Positions 13,201 to 25,000 of a stretch of 64,000 nucleotides of DNA are shown piece after piece (position 1 is the stretch's first letter; each line of letters begins with the position of its first letter). Under the pieces are notes generated by a model. The model did not search any database. It saw only the letters and a program-made list of their open reading frames with translations, and had not been told where the DNA came from. A program made the translations under genes and the position numbers. Source of the stretch: Macrostomum lignano (taxonomy: Eukaryota); NCBI GenBank assembly GCA_002269645.1, contig NIVC01001226.1, positions 87,835-151,834 of the forward strand. Direction: 5' to 3'.

Positions 13201-13380
13201 ATCGATCGCCTCAAGCCGGCGCGACTTTCGCTTCCGAAGTCGGCTGTTCAGCCGGCCGCGAACTCGCTGCCGGAAAAAGCCGCCAAACCAAAGGAACCGG
13301 TGGACTCATCACCTCCTAGAGCGACCTCTAGCGGCCGCCGAGTCCAATTCCGACGCCATAATGATTACATTTATTATTAA
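10168..13380 (+). pseudogene. pol: Pol (protease-RT-RNaseH-integrase) interrupted by a single in-frame TGA at 11287-11289
   Basis: [10 protein letters not shown] protease, YIDD RT, TDAS/FDRELLA RNaseH, H..H..C..C and D-D-E integrase, GPY/F motif. ORFs 10201-11289 and 11311-13380 are in the same frame (DRL*THGL). Confidence 0.9.
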
Positions 13381-13560
13381 CCTTGTAATGTATAACGTCT
13401 ACTGACTGCTGTTCCAATGTTCTCAATATTTCTCAATGTTCAACCCTTCATATAAAATTTAGCTCGTATTTCAACTGTATAACCGCTTCGTTTCAATAAT
13501 TTAAGCCATTCCACCATTTTATAATTCAGTTACAGTCTCTTTTCCCCGTGCTCCGCAATT

Positions 13561-13571
13561 GGAGGGGGGAG
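13561..13571 (+). promoter_or_regulatory. Polypurine tract GGAGGGGGGAG
   Basis: Immediately upstream of the 3' LTR. Confidence 0.85.
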
Positions 13572-13572
13572 T

Positions 13573-13748
13573 CGTATGGGTATTTTGTTGTACTTTTTAT
13601 TTGCAACTCAGTTTGTCATAAATTACCATAGACTAATTTCCTTTTACAGTTCTTTCTCGTAGTTAAGTTTCTCGCCCCAAGCCCTCTCGTCTTTAACTCA
13701 TAAAATATATTGCAATTCAAATCTAAGTTAAGTTGTAGTTTCACTACA
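13573..13748 (+). repeat. 3' LTR (CGTA...TACA), 176 bp
   Basis: Direct repeat of 9031-9206. Confidence 0.93.
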
Positions 13749-14670
13749 AATGCATGCTGCACACTGCACCATAGCAAGAGAAGTGTGTGGTCCAATTTTG
13801 GACCAACGCACCGTTTGTGGTCCAACGCACCCATGTGATCAAATTTAAAACGTGTACATACACTCCCTGGGGCTGGATCAATTAACTTTTGTGATAACGA
13901 TCGGTCATCATGGGTCGTCGATTTGCGCCATAATTACTGGGTATGCTAATTAACAAAATAAATTATTTAAATTGTACCCAGTTGCTTAAAAGTAAACTAA
14001 TGTAGCTTTTGCTGTTTTTAAATATTTAATTATAAGTGAGTATACGAGTCGAAAGCATTTTCTATTTTTTGCAATACAAAATATAAAATCACACACAAGA
14101 CCGTTAATCGAAAATGTCGTCGAAACAAGAACAGAGTTCCAAAATGGGGTTTTTGGTAGTTTCTGCATAGGCCTGAAGCCTGGTTAGTGGCTAATGGCTA
14201 ACTGGCTTCATTTAATTCCAATCCTGTCGTGGCTCAACCACCAGATTTTTTTTTACTGATTATATTATTTAGTAGGGCCTATATAGTCCTAGAGCCTAGT
14301 CAATTAGTCATTAGTCTGTAAGTGTAAGTCTGATAATAAATTAATATTAATATATTAATAATAAGTGCTTTGGCAGCTTGGCTTTGCTTTGGCTTTATTT
14401 GTTCCTGACCTTAGCTTGTTTTCGTGATTGTGCCTAATTTTAAAGTAGGCTGGATAGCCCTAGACAGGCCCTAGTACCTAGTGCCGTGGCCTATAGCCCT
14501 ACCCCCTAGGTAGGTAGGTCTAGAAAATTTAATTTCTTAGAAAAAAACTCGAATCAGGCGGCTTAGACATAGCCTAGCCAAAAAGTTCAAAATAGTTTTT
14601 TGCGATTCAAAATAAAAAAATTCAAAGGACCTTCCTAGTATTCTACAACTAAGACTAGGCTAGGAATAAG

Positions 14671-15365
14671 CCATACTCAGGAAGGTGGCCTGCACGCGGG
14701 AATTTTCCCGCGTGCACAAGCCACGCTAAAATTTTGGCGTGCAAAGTTGGCGTGCAAATAGGGGTCTCAAGCCATGCCTAAATTTTCAGTGTACAAGTTT
14801 TTTACTTGGCGTGTAACCTTGGCGTGCAATTACAAACTGATAGTAGGCCTATATCAACAAGTCAGATATAGATGTATACACTATATATATACAATATATA
14901 AAGTTAAACGTGAACAATTGATTTTGAATATTGATTAAACCAACTAGTTGAGGCTACAGCCTAGCCTACAGCCAGGCCTATACTCTACAGCCTACATTAA
15001 AATTAAAATATCCAATAACTTTTAAACGCTCTTATTTTGTGACTCTTGTAGACTTTTAGTTTATTTGTTTCTTGAAATGTGAAAAAAAAGTTTTTGATAC
15101 TCACTATGTTCTTTGTAGCGAATTTTCTTTTTTTATATAAACTTTGTTTAATGTAAGTAGAAAATTTATTTAAAAATAGTATCTAATACGGTTAATATTC
15201 AAATCACACGTACATGAGGCGTACATGATTTTTGGTGTTCAAGATTTTTGGCGTGCAACAGAAACGTCATGTTAAGGGTTTTTAAAAATTGGCGTACATT
15301 GGCATGCACCAAGGATTTTTCCATAAATTGATTCCCGCGTGCACTTGCCACCTTCCTGACTATGG
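14671..15365. mobile_element. 695-bp MITE with ~33-bp imperfect TIRs (CCATAC/GTCAGGAAGGTGGC...GCACGCGGGAAT) and a 7/8 TSD
   Basis: TIRs at 14671-14703 and 15331-15365; flanks GGAATAAG and GGAATTAG; repeated TTGGCGTGCA subterminal motifs. Confidence 0.75.
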
Positions 15366-16046
15366 GGAATTAGAATAGGGGCCTAGGACCCAACCTTTAT
15401 GGGACCTCTATAAGACCTCTGAATCTAATGCCAATGGGCTTTAGGTAGGCCTCTCAAGTCTAAATAAATCTTTGATACTAGGCCTAGGCTACCATTCAGT
15501 TTGGCAACAAGACATTTTGGTGATAGACACTGGTAACAAGATGTTTCAGCAAAAATTTTAGGCCATTTTAGCAAATCTTATTGTTATAACTAATTTTTAG
15601 ACTTCAACTTGGACTTGGACTATCCTGAACTAGGCCTAATGTATTTTTGGTATTTTCTAATTTACAGACTCAGACTACTTATTTATAGACTAGTCTATAA
15701 TAAAACTTGAAATTTAACATGTTAAAATCAATAAACAGTCCTAAATAGGATATTGGTCTTGAATTCCAGTGTATTTCGATGACACGGAAAATGGTGACTT
15801 TGGCAACAAGCAATGTTAAATTTGGCAAAAAGTTTCTCTTTCACTTTCACAAATCAGTTTCTATGGCTATTTATTTAGTCTTTTTATTATATTCTTACTA
15901 ACATAAACAATGCGTCTATATCCTATCGTAACTGTCTACAGCCTATGAAATACTTTCCCTTTTTGTTAAATGTAATGAACACGTGTGTTTTAACAAGCAA
16001 TCCTATGACATGCTGATTGTTTGTTGGGATAAGAAGCTTTGATAAA

Positions 16047-16218
16047 CATGCTTGGGCGCAACCTTGGGATTTACTCGGCTATTTCTATTGGCAACACACA
16101 CACATAAGTTGCTATTGGATGTAGTAGTAGTCACGTGACTGCTCTCAGCCAATAGTGACTTACATGTGTGTGTTGCCAATAGAAATAGCCAGGTGATTCC
16201 CAAAGTTGCGCATATATG
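16047..16218. mobile_element. 172-bp fold-back MITE (CATG...ATATG) with 9-bp TSD TTTGATAAA
   Basis: ~65-bp imperfect inverted arms; TSD at 16038-16046 and 16219-16227; related copies at 30545-30654 and 48264-48433. Confidence 0.8.
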
Positions 16219-16739
16219 TTTGATAAATATCCACACTCTGACTTTGTACCCACCAACTTGAAGAGCACAACCAAGTATGTGAGTGAGCCCCATCACCAAG
16301 GCGGCTTCGTCACAGTATGATCAGCAACTCCAATCCTATGAAAAACATTTGCATGTACTGTGGTTTTTATGTCTATTGAATCGAAATTTCAATTTTATCA
16401 TATAGCTATATCTTAAGTACCATGCATGCAAATACAAATGTTTCATGTAATTTGTTGTAAAATGTAGTACATGACTGTACCACAAAGCTAAAATTCACAA
16501 AGTTAAAATGCTCAACATTAAGACATGACTGTGTGGAGATAGACACACATCAAAAGAGTGTAGTCTCAGTTTTGAAAGGAAAAGTTAGCATAAGATTCAC
16601 ATCAAAAAGAACAAACAGCATTGCATTATGTTAAAAGCATTAAAGGGCATTTAGCCATGGAACTTTTAGCCGATTACAGGCTTCCAGCAGTGCCTCCTCA
16701 GATTGTAGTCCTTCAGAAAATTCTTGCCAAAGCTTTTGT

Positions 16740-18150
16740 GACAAGGGGGGCATCCAGAATGGCCTGACAAGCTTTATCATGCAGGAGTTGGGTTAGCAAG
16801 TAAAACTGCAAGTCGTTCCTCTGTGCTCTGCTGTTAAGCTGGTGGTGCCAGCCTTCAAGGTCATTATTTGTTCTAATCGGCTGCTTTTAGACTTAGAGGC
16901 ACTCTGGTCTCCATAGCGAGCTGTTAATCCACGTGACCTAGCGTGCAAGAATAAAAAATGGCCCTTTTAAGAGTGCAAGAGAATATGAAGGCACAAGACG
17001 CAACCAATTTGCTCCACAATATCCATTTGCACCTACTTGGATGTAGTTAGCAAACAATGCTAATAGAGGCTTATCATGACAATCAATACTTGCACAAAAA
17101 ATGTAAAAGCCATGCTCAATTAGGTTCACTGGCAGAAATGGAAACACCATGAACTTCCTACAGACCCGCTGTGTTTCAATGTTGTTCACATACTCGCCTT
17201 GCAGGCCAATTTGTTGAACGTTGCGCCATAATGCTTGAGTATAGTGGAACAGGCAGCCTATAAAGTCGGCCTCAGGAAAGGCTGCTCTAAGAGCCTGCCA
17301 CACTGCAGCCTCAAAGTCAAGCAGAAATCAAGTGGGCCTGTGGTGAAAATGATATAATTTTTTCTATTGGTTCTGTAATCCCATATCTACATGCATATCC
17401 GCATATACCTTGCAAGCGCAATGAGTTCCTTGATAGCGTTTAATACAGGGGGGGCATAGCCCAGCGGTAGCGCAGCTGCTCTGGTGTGCCGCAACCCAGG
17501 CTCAATTCCAAGTGCAGCCACATTAATTTGGGGCTGAATTGGAATTTCGGCTTGGCTCGCTTGTGCAATTAACGGCCTTAAGAGCCAACCCCCCAAGGTG
17601 CAATGAAGTGTATATGCCTAACAATTGATAAAGTTAGGGCCGCTATACACTCCTGTGTGAGTGTGTGCCTGCGTAATGTATCTGCACGCTTGTATGCCTC
17701 CTCAGGGGAGTCGGCAAAATGGGCAGTAATGCCTCTCGCCGGTTGTGTGCCAATGTCGCTTAAAGTGCGCCAGGGTGCACACAACCCCCCTGCCTCTAAT
17801 AAAAAATAGCGTTGAATATGGCTGCATAGTCACTTTGCTGCTTTCTAGTCATTAGTGCAAAGAACACCAGCACCTGCTTCAGCGCATCGTCTGGTCCAAT
17901 AATGAATATGTGAATTGAGAAGAGCTGGACAAACAGGTGACGCACCACCTTGAAAGTGCCGTCCATGTACCAGGTAGTCGCGATAGACAGAAGGTCCAGC
18001 TGGCTGTCCAGTGCAAACAAAATAATGCAGTTCTCCTCAGAACAAATGTCCGCTTTTAGGAATCCTGGTGCAATGAAAGTGTCACACAACTCGAAATCTG
18101 CACTCTGTGGTTCAGGTGCCCTATTGTGGCGTCGGCTGCGATTGGCACTG
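16740..18150 (-). pseudogene. MULE DDE transposase pseudogene with intron-like interruptions
   Basis: WYMDGTF, LLDFEAA, GCLFHYTQA and RTNNDLEGWH motifs in the correct order, with in-frame stops. A 99-bp GT-AG intron at 17036-16938 joins YIQ to VTWIN. Confidence 0.85.
17450..17520 (+). mobile_element. tRNA-derived SINE head or tRNA pseudogene
   Basis: A-box TAGCCCAGCGG (17457-17467) and B-box-like GGCTCAATTCC (17499-17509); cloverleaf stems are degenerate. Confidence 0.4.
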
Positions 18151-19489
18151 GGCCAACTTCTTGGGAACCGGAATTGATGGCGCACTCTGTAGACAATGCG
18201 CAACAGCAGAGTACAATAGAGTACGCTGTCAGTTTGCAAGAGCAGCATCAGATAGCGCGCTTCAAAGCTTAGGCGCAAACAAAGGCCACACCGCCGGCAG
18301 AGTCTGGGGTGCCAGCGTCAGCCAGCAGACAGTCGATGTAGTGCCGAGTCCTTGCCTGTCCCTGCCAGTAGGATGCCTGCAACGTAAGTAGCAGCACCTC
18401 CTGTACCGGCTCTAGACAGTAGGCCTCAGCGCGGATGACGTGGCCTGCCAGCTAGAGTTGCCGACGTCGCAGCAGATCGCTAGGACAGGCCAGGCCGGCG
18501 CAATGACAATGCGCAATTGATAGCAATAAGCCTAAATTAGTCTCTTTCTACTGTTCTGTATTGTCTGTACTTAAAAAGAATCCTATAGCCTATTGTCAAG
18601 ACTATTACATGGTGGGTAGTACTGTACATTATAGCCCATTGCCGATGTAACAAATTGCACGGATTGAGTTAGAACACTCTTTGAAACACACAGTTGTACT
18701 TAGACAATAAGCATTGTTGACAAAACATACTTGTCGCCATATTTAACATAGCTTGTTGCCAAAGTCACAATTTTTCATGTTGCCAAAATCAACTATTGCC
18801 AAAAAGCCTGGCACCCATTGGTCCTATATCTAATATAATATAGGATATTGGATATAAGTAGGGCCTATGATAGATAAGATAGGTAATGTTATTCATTGTC
18901 ATAAATCAATATATAGACATAGTATAGGCCTAGATTTTACATAGGCCCTCTATAAGTAATATGTCTAAATAGATTAATAGAGTCATAAAAACTATATAAT
19001 GATCCTATGGCTATAAGCCTAGGCCCTTATTGATATATTAATCTAGTCTAAGCCTAGTCTGATCTAGGTATATTAATAGTAAAAATATATAATATATATT
19101 TAATAATAATAAAAACTGTATTAATAACTAAAAAAGTAAGACAAGGCCTAAAAGTAAGATAACAATAAATTAAACAATATTTATCAATGTCAACTTTTCT
19201 TTTAAAAGCCTATATAGTTTTGCTCATTAAATTATTTTTGTTAAAAATAATAATTGTTAAGCCATAGTCTGGATCATGTTGGTTGCACATCTAAACAAAA
19301 ATCCAATAATTATAAATGCATGCCAAAAAATAGAGTGCATATCCATTCTCATAACTATGCTAGTGTTGCAACAATAAATGACCTTTACATTGTGAAAGTA
19401 AATTACTTTTTTAAATTGCATAATGGACCCTTTTTAGCAAATAATTTGGTTAATTTTTATGCTTTTTCGATAATACTAGGCCTATTCAC

Positions 19490-20430
19490 AGTAAAAAATC
19501 AATACATGCAAAGATTAGTTTAACTGTTTTTTATAAGCTTTAAAAACCCTAAAAGCCTAAAATTTACGCTTAAAAATGAACGTAAACATTAACAATGTAC
19601 TTTTTTTCTATTTTACAATAACTCTTTTGCATGATTCTATGAAGTGCATGCCAGGTATGTATGCATACTATTTTCTTAAGAGTGATGCATGCCAATTGTG
19701 CATGCCTACTTTTGGTATGCAAGGCCAATGCACATCTAAATTTTTGGGCCTAGAGGTAAAAGGTAAAATGGATAAAGGGTAATAAGGAATCAACTATTTA
19801 GTTTTGTTAGTCTACAATGGATAATAATGTGACACCCAATAGAAGTTCCCAAAGGTCTTGTTTGGGAAGGGGCACCAGTAAAAATAGGGCCTAACTCCTG
19901 TAGGTGTGACTGGCATAGAAAATGATAATAGAATGGTTGTAATATGCACATTTAAACAAAAGTAGTTACTTAATAATATGTTACATTTGTTCCTTATTCT
20001 TTATTCTACTATTTCTTAAGCCTAAAGTTACTTAAAAGTTTATTATTCTTAACAAAAATAATTTAACATGCAAAACTACAAGATAGTCAGCTAGGCCTAG
20101 GCCTATAATAAAGTTTTAACTAACTAATGGTAAACCAAACTCCAGATCAATGCGATCATGTGATATATCCTTGGCCTTAAATCTATTAGCCCTGTATGCC
20201 AAAAGCTAGGTATACACAATTGGCATGCATTACTTCTAAGAAAAAAAATATATATGCATACAGTATACCTAGTGTGCACTTTATAAAATCATGCAAAAGA
20301 GTTAATTTTAAGTAGAAAAAAGATTGAAAACTTCATTTTTAAGCATTAAATTCAAGTTTTCTAGTTTTTTAATCTTATTATAAGGCATTAAAACTAATGT
20401 TTGTATATATTGATTTTCTGCTATAAATAT
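19490..20430. repeat. Old inverted repeat pair with ~240-bp arms (19490-19730 and 20190-20430)
   Basis: For example TAACTCTTTTGCATGATT at ~19620 matches the reverse complement at ~20300; the arms are visibly diverged. Confidence 0.55.
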
Positions 20431-22016
20431 TGTAATATAGGCAAGAAAGGAAAGTAATGAACGAAAATAATAAGTCAAGCAAATGACCCTCTTAATATAG
20501 TCTATCTTGTTTTGCAATGAAGGTGATACAAGATCTCTAAAACCAAGATCTCTAAAGCTTGTTTCTCCAAAACACAGACATCCTAGGTAGATGCCTGTGG
20601 GCTTGTGATAGGTCAAACAAGTCAGAGTAATTGTATTCTATAAAACTAGTAAACAACAATATGAGGAGTAAGCAATGTATATAGGCGAGTATATTGTTAG
20701 TTTATAATCTCATAGCACATAATACAATATACTATATACCATATATAACTTTATATCAATATAGTATCTTATATTATATGCTATAACATTTTTCAGCCAG
20801 AAATTTCCAAGAAGACTTATTACCTTTGTATTGAAATTTAATATTTTTTAGGGATTCATTCATTTTGTTTGCTATTAGTTTGTTGGCTAAAATACGAAAT
20901 AACTTTTTAGTAGTGCAATTTATGCAATTTATGCAATTTAAATCTGTAATTATTAACTTTGGAATTAACTAATCTAATAAGTTAGTATTTTATTATTAAT
21001 AATATTTGGTAGATTGCCATCCCTGATATTAATTAGTAGTAAGAAAAGCAACTTGATCATTATTTGCTATATCAAAGGCACTAGTGTACATGTATATATA
21101 TATACAATTTATAACAGAAATATAATAAAAAATTATTTGTATTATTATATAACTAATGTATTTTCAAAAAAAATATTTTAAAAATGGATTTTTTTGAAAA
21201 TTGTATATGGGTCTTGAAAATACTTTCAGACAATACTTTTAAAAATGTTGTATTGCTCACTATTCACATTCATCTTAACAAAAGTAGTATTAATTTTTTA
21301 ATTTTACTATACATTTTTTCTTTTCTATTTTCTAATTGCACTAAACAACCTGCATTGAACACTACACAGCCTATGTTATGCTACAATATTGTGCTATGCC
21401 ATATGTGCCAATATATTAACTTTAGAAAGCTTCTGTCCATTGGAATTTTCTAGACAAAAAGAATTCATTCTAAGTGTAGAGTGTGCACTACGACTATATA
21501 CCAAATGCAGTAGGGACCCTTTGTGTATACCAGAATTTTGTTTGGCAAAGGCGATTTTCATTTTAGCTATAAGTTTTATATTGCTATACAATGCAATACA
21601 AGTTCTGCAATACAAGTACAATGCAATACAACAGGAAGTGAAACATAGCTACTGACTGATACTACTTAATAGTAGTATTAAAGTAATACTCGCTCTGAAA
21701 TTTCTTTGTTTTGTTGAATCTTTAAAATTCCTAATTTTGAGCAACTCGTGCTAAAATTAGTCCAGTTAAGCTCTAGACAATTTTGTCTGCAATGTGAAAT
21801 GCAAATTAATTATTAATGTAGGCATATAAAATGTCTCCATTTCTTATAAATTTCTTTAGAGTGTCTTATCAAAATATTTTGAGCATGGCACCTTCAACAT
21901 TATCCCACGATTAAAGTTTCACAGGGAGGAAATTGGCAGACTAGTTTTATCAAGAAAATCTCAATAGACTTCAATTCCAGCATTCAACTTTCCTATCTTA
22001 ACTTCTGCAGACAGTT

Positions 22017-25000
22017 ATGTCTCACTTCCTGTCAAAGCAGGCGGTGGAGTCAAGCGATGAAGACAGCAGCAGCGATAGTCTGAGCAGCAGCAGCAGTATT
22101 AGTGGCCGGGGCGGCGGTGGAGCTGAGGAAGCCAGCGACAAGCCCGACCAGTCTCCAGTGCCTTCAAAGAAGCGCAAAATCGATCCGAAATCCTCGTCAA
22201 AGCCGCAGAAGAAATCGCCTGAGCAGCACAAGAAAAAGAAGAAGAAAGATAAAAAGCAATTGGCCAAGAAAGACAAACAAAAGAAGAAGACTAATAAAGC
22301 CGCTATAGCGAGTGACAGCGATGGCGAAGACGGTGATGCGAACAACGATGTCGACAGCGAGGACAGCGAAGATGACGATGACAGCGAAGATGACGTTGAA
22401 GAGCTGCGCAAAGTGCAGCAGGGCTTCATAGTCGATAGCGAAGAGGACGAAGACAATGATAATGGGGAAAATGAAAGCGGCGGCGTCGGCGGAGGCAAAG
22501 CTGTTGCCGAGAAGCGCGGCGCTGGCGGCGGCGAAGGGGGCCACGGCGAAGGCGGCTTGAGCTCCGGCTCGGACTCTGAGCTGTCTGAAGATCTCGACGA
22601 AGAGGACCACGCCCTGATCGAGGAGAACACCGGCATCCGGCGTCGAGCTAAAAAACCAAAACGCGTAGTCGGCGTGGTTGATTCGGACGAAGACTCCGAC
22701 GCTCGAAGCGGCGACTCCGGCGCAGCGACGGCGCCAGCCGGTGGGGCTAGCGCCGCTGCCGGCGCCGACGAAGCGATCCGGCGGGACATCTTCGGCGAGG
22801 ACGACGACGACGACGAGGATGTCGATGGCAACGACCGCTCCGCGCTGCCTGCGAGCGCCGCCGCCTCCGCTGCTCTGCTGACTCGGCGGCCGGGTGAGTG
22901 GCAGAGACTGACAGGCACTGGGGGCTGGGGCAGACAGACACTGAGACTGACAGGCACTGGGGGCTGGGGCAGACAGACACTGAGACTGACAGGCACTGGG
23001 GGCTGGGGCAGACAGACACTGAGACTGACAGGCACTGGGGGCTGGGGCAGACAGACACTGAGACTGACAGGCACTGGGGGCTGGGGCAGACAGACACTGA
23101 GACTGACAGGCACTGGGGGCTGGGGCAGACAGACACTGAGACTGACAGGCACTGGGGGCTGGGGCAGACAGACACTGAGACTGACAGGCACTGGGGGCTG
23201 GGGCAGACAGACACTGAGACTGACAGGCACTGGGGGCTGGGGCAGACAGACACTGAGACTGACAGGCACTGGGGGCTGGGGCAGACAGACACTGAGACTG
23301 ACAGGCACTGGGGGCTGGGGCAGACAGACACTGAGACTGACAGGCACTGGGGGCTGGGGCAGACAGACACTGAGACTGACAGGCACTGGGGGCTGGGGCA
23401 GACAGACACTGAGACTGACAGGCACTGGGGGCTGGGGCAGACAGACACTGAGACAGAGAAGCACTGAGACAGACAGGCACTGGGACAGACAGACACTGGG
23501 GCAGACAGACACTGGGACAGACAGACACTGGAACAGACAGACACCGATACAGACAGACACTGGAACAGACAGACACCGATACAGACAGGCACTGGGCAGA
23601 CACATTGATGTTGACAGACAAACGCAAGGGCGCAGGCAGTCACGTGACTAATTACGTCTATCGACATTGTCAGGCCACAGCGACGACGACGACGAAGAGG
23701 ACGACGATGACGACGACGACGGCATGGCGCATTTTATTGTCGACGAGACTCGAGAAGGCGCGGCTGCCGGCGGCCCGTCGACATCGTCTGCCGGCCAGCG
23801 GCGTCCCGGCGGCGGCGGCGGCAGTCGGGCGCTCCGACACGCGCAGGAAATTTTCGGCGTCGATTTCGACCGGGACGAATTTAAACAGTACGGAGAGGAC
23901 AGCGCCGACGAGGACGAAGATGAAGACGAAGATGATGATGAAGAGGAAGACCTCGATGACGAGGAAGCTGAGGATGAGGAAGGTGCCGTTGCCAGGCGGA
24001 AGCGTCGGAAAGCCGCGGCCTCGCTGGCCGCACGCGCCGGTCCACGCGCCGCTGAAGAAGTTTTCGACCCCTCCGAATTGGAACGATTCCATCTGACTAA
24101 GGAGGACGCCGAGATTCGAGCCACGGACCTGCCGGAGAGATTTCAAACAATGCGGCAGGTAGCAGTGAAACAGGCAGCTGACAATGACGAATTGCAGGAG
24201 GAAGCCGAATGGATTTACAATAACTGCTTTAGCAGCAGGACTATCATTAATCAGGTTTGGATTTGGGGCGCGTTTGCCGATATGTTGAGTTAATCAGCGT
24301 TTGGTTTTTCATTTATTTGCCATGAGCCAGTGGCAACCAGTGATCACTCTCTCTGGGCAATTCCCTATGACCCACTCTTATCTATCTGAGCGATTCCCTA
24401 TGACCTATTCTTATCTATCTGAGCAATTCCCTATGACCCATTTTTATCTATCTGAGGGATTCCCTCTGACCCACTCTTATCTATCTGAGCGATTCCCTAT
24501 GACCCACTCTTATCTATCTGAGCAATTCCCTATGACCAATTCTTATCTATCTAAGCGATGCAGTTCAAGTTACGCACTTAAAATTACTATAAAAAGCGCG
24601 ATTGCCGATATGTATCGTAAAAAAACTTTCCTAATGACTGCTAAATCGAAAAAATCCCCAGCTAATACCCGGTGACGAAGCTTACGAGCACGGACTTAGC
24701 CGACGCCGCGGCGAAACTGTCGCCAAAATCTTCGCCGCCCTCGCCCTGATGCGCAACAAACTTTACGAAGTTCCCTTCATTGCCTTCTACCGGAAAGAGT
24801 TCGTAGAAAAAGAGCTGAACCTCACCGACCTGTGGCGAATTTGGCAAGCCGATGAGAAGTGGACTCAGTTGTGGCTTCGCAGGCGGCGGCTGCACGCTCT
24901 GCTCTCTCGGATGCAAAAGTACAAAGTTGAACGAGAATTCGCGCGCTATGAAGGCGCCCTGCCGGACAATTATAGGCCACTTAGTGACGAGGATGTGGCC

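Larger units (their letters stand above)
9031..13748 (+). mobile_element. Full-length Ty3/Gypsy LTR retrotransposon, CsRN1/Kabuki-like clade
   Basis: Two 176-bp LTRs, PBS, PPT, gag, and pol in PR-RT-RH-IN order. Gag FxxxxPEAWF..LEAQF and Cx2Hx9Cx3C motifs are typical of this clade (established knowledge). Confidence 0.95.
15788..18816 (-). mobile_element. Decayed Mutator-like (MULE) element; outer limits uncertain
   Basis: Inverted ~43-bp segments at 15788-15830 and 18731-18774 (GTGACTTTGGCAACAAGC.ATGTTAAAT) flank a transposase remnant. The right end reads GGGTGCC on the minus strand. Confidence 0.5.

Noticed and set aside
9074-13834. Antisense and alternative-frame ORFs over the retrotransposon
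   Set aside because: Shadows of the GC-rich gag/pol or of the LTR sequence.
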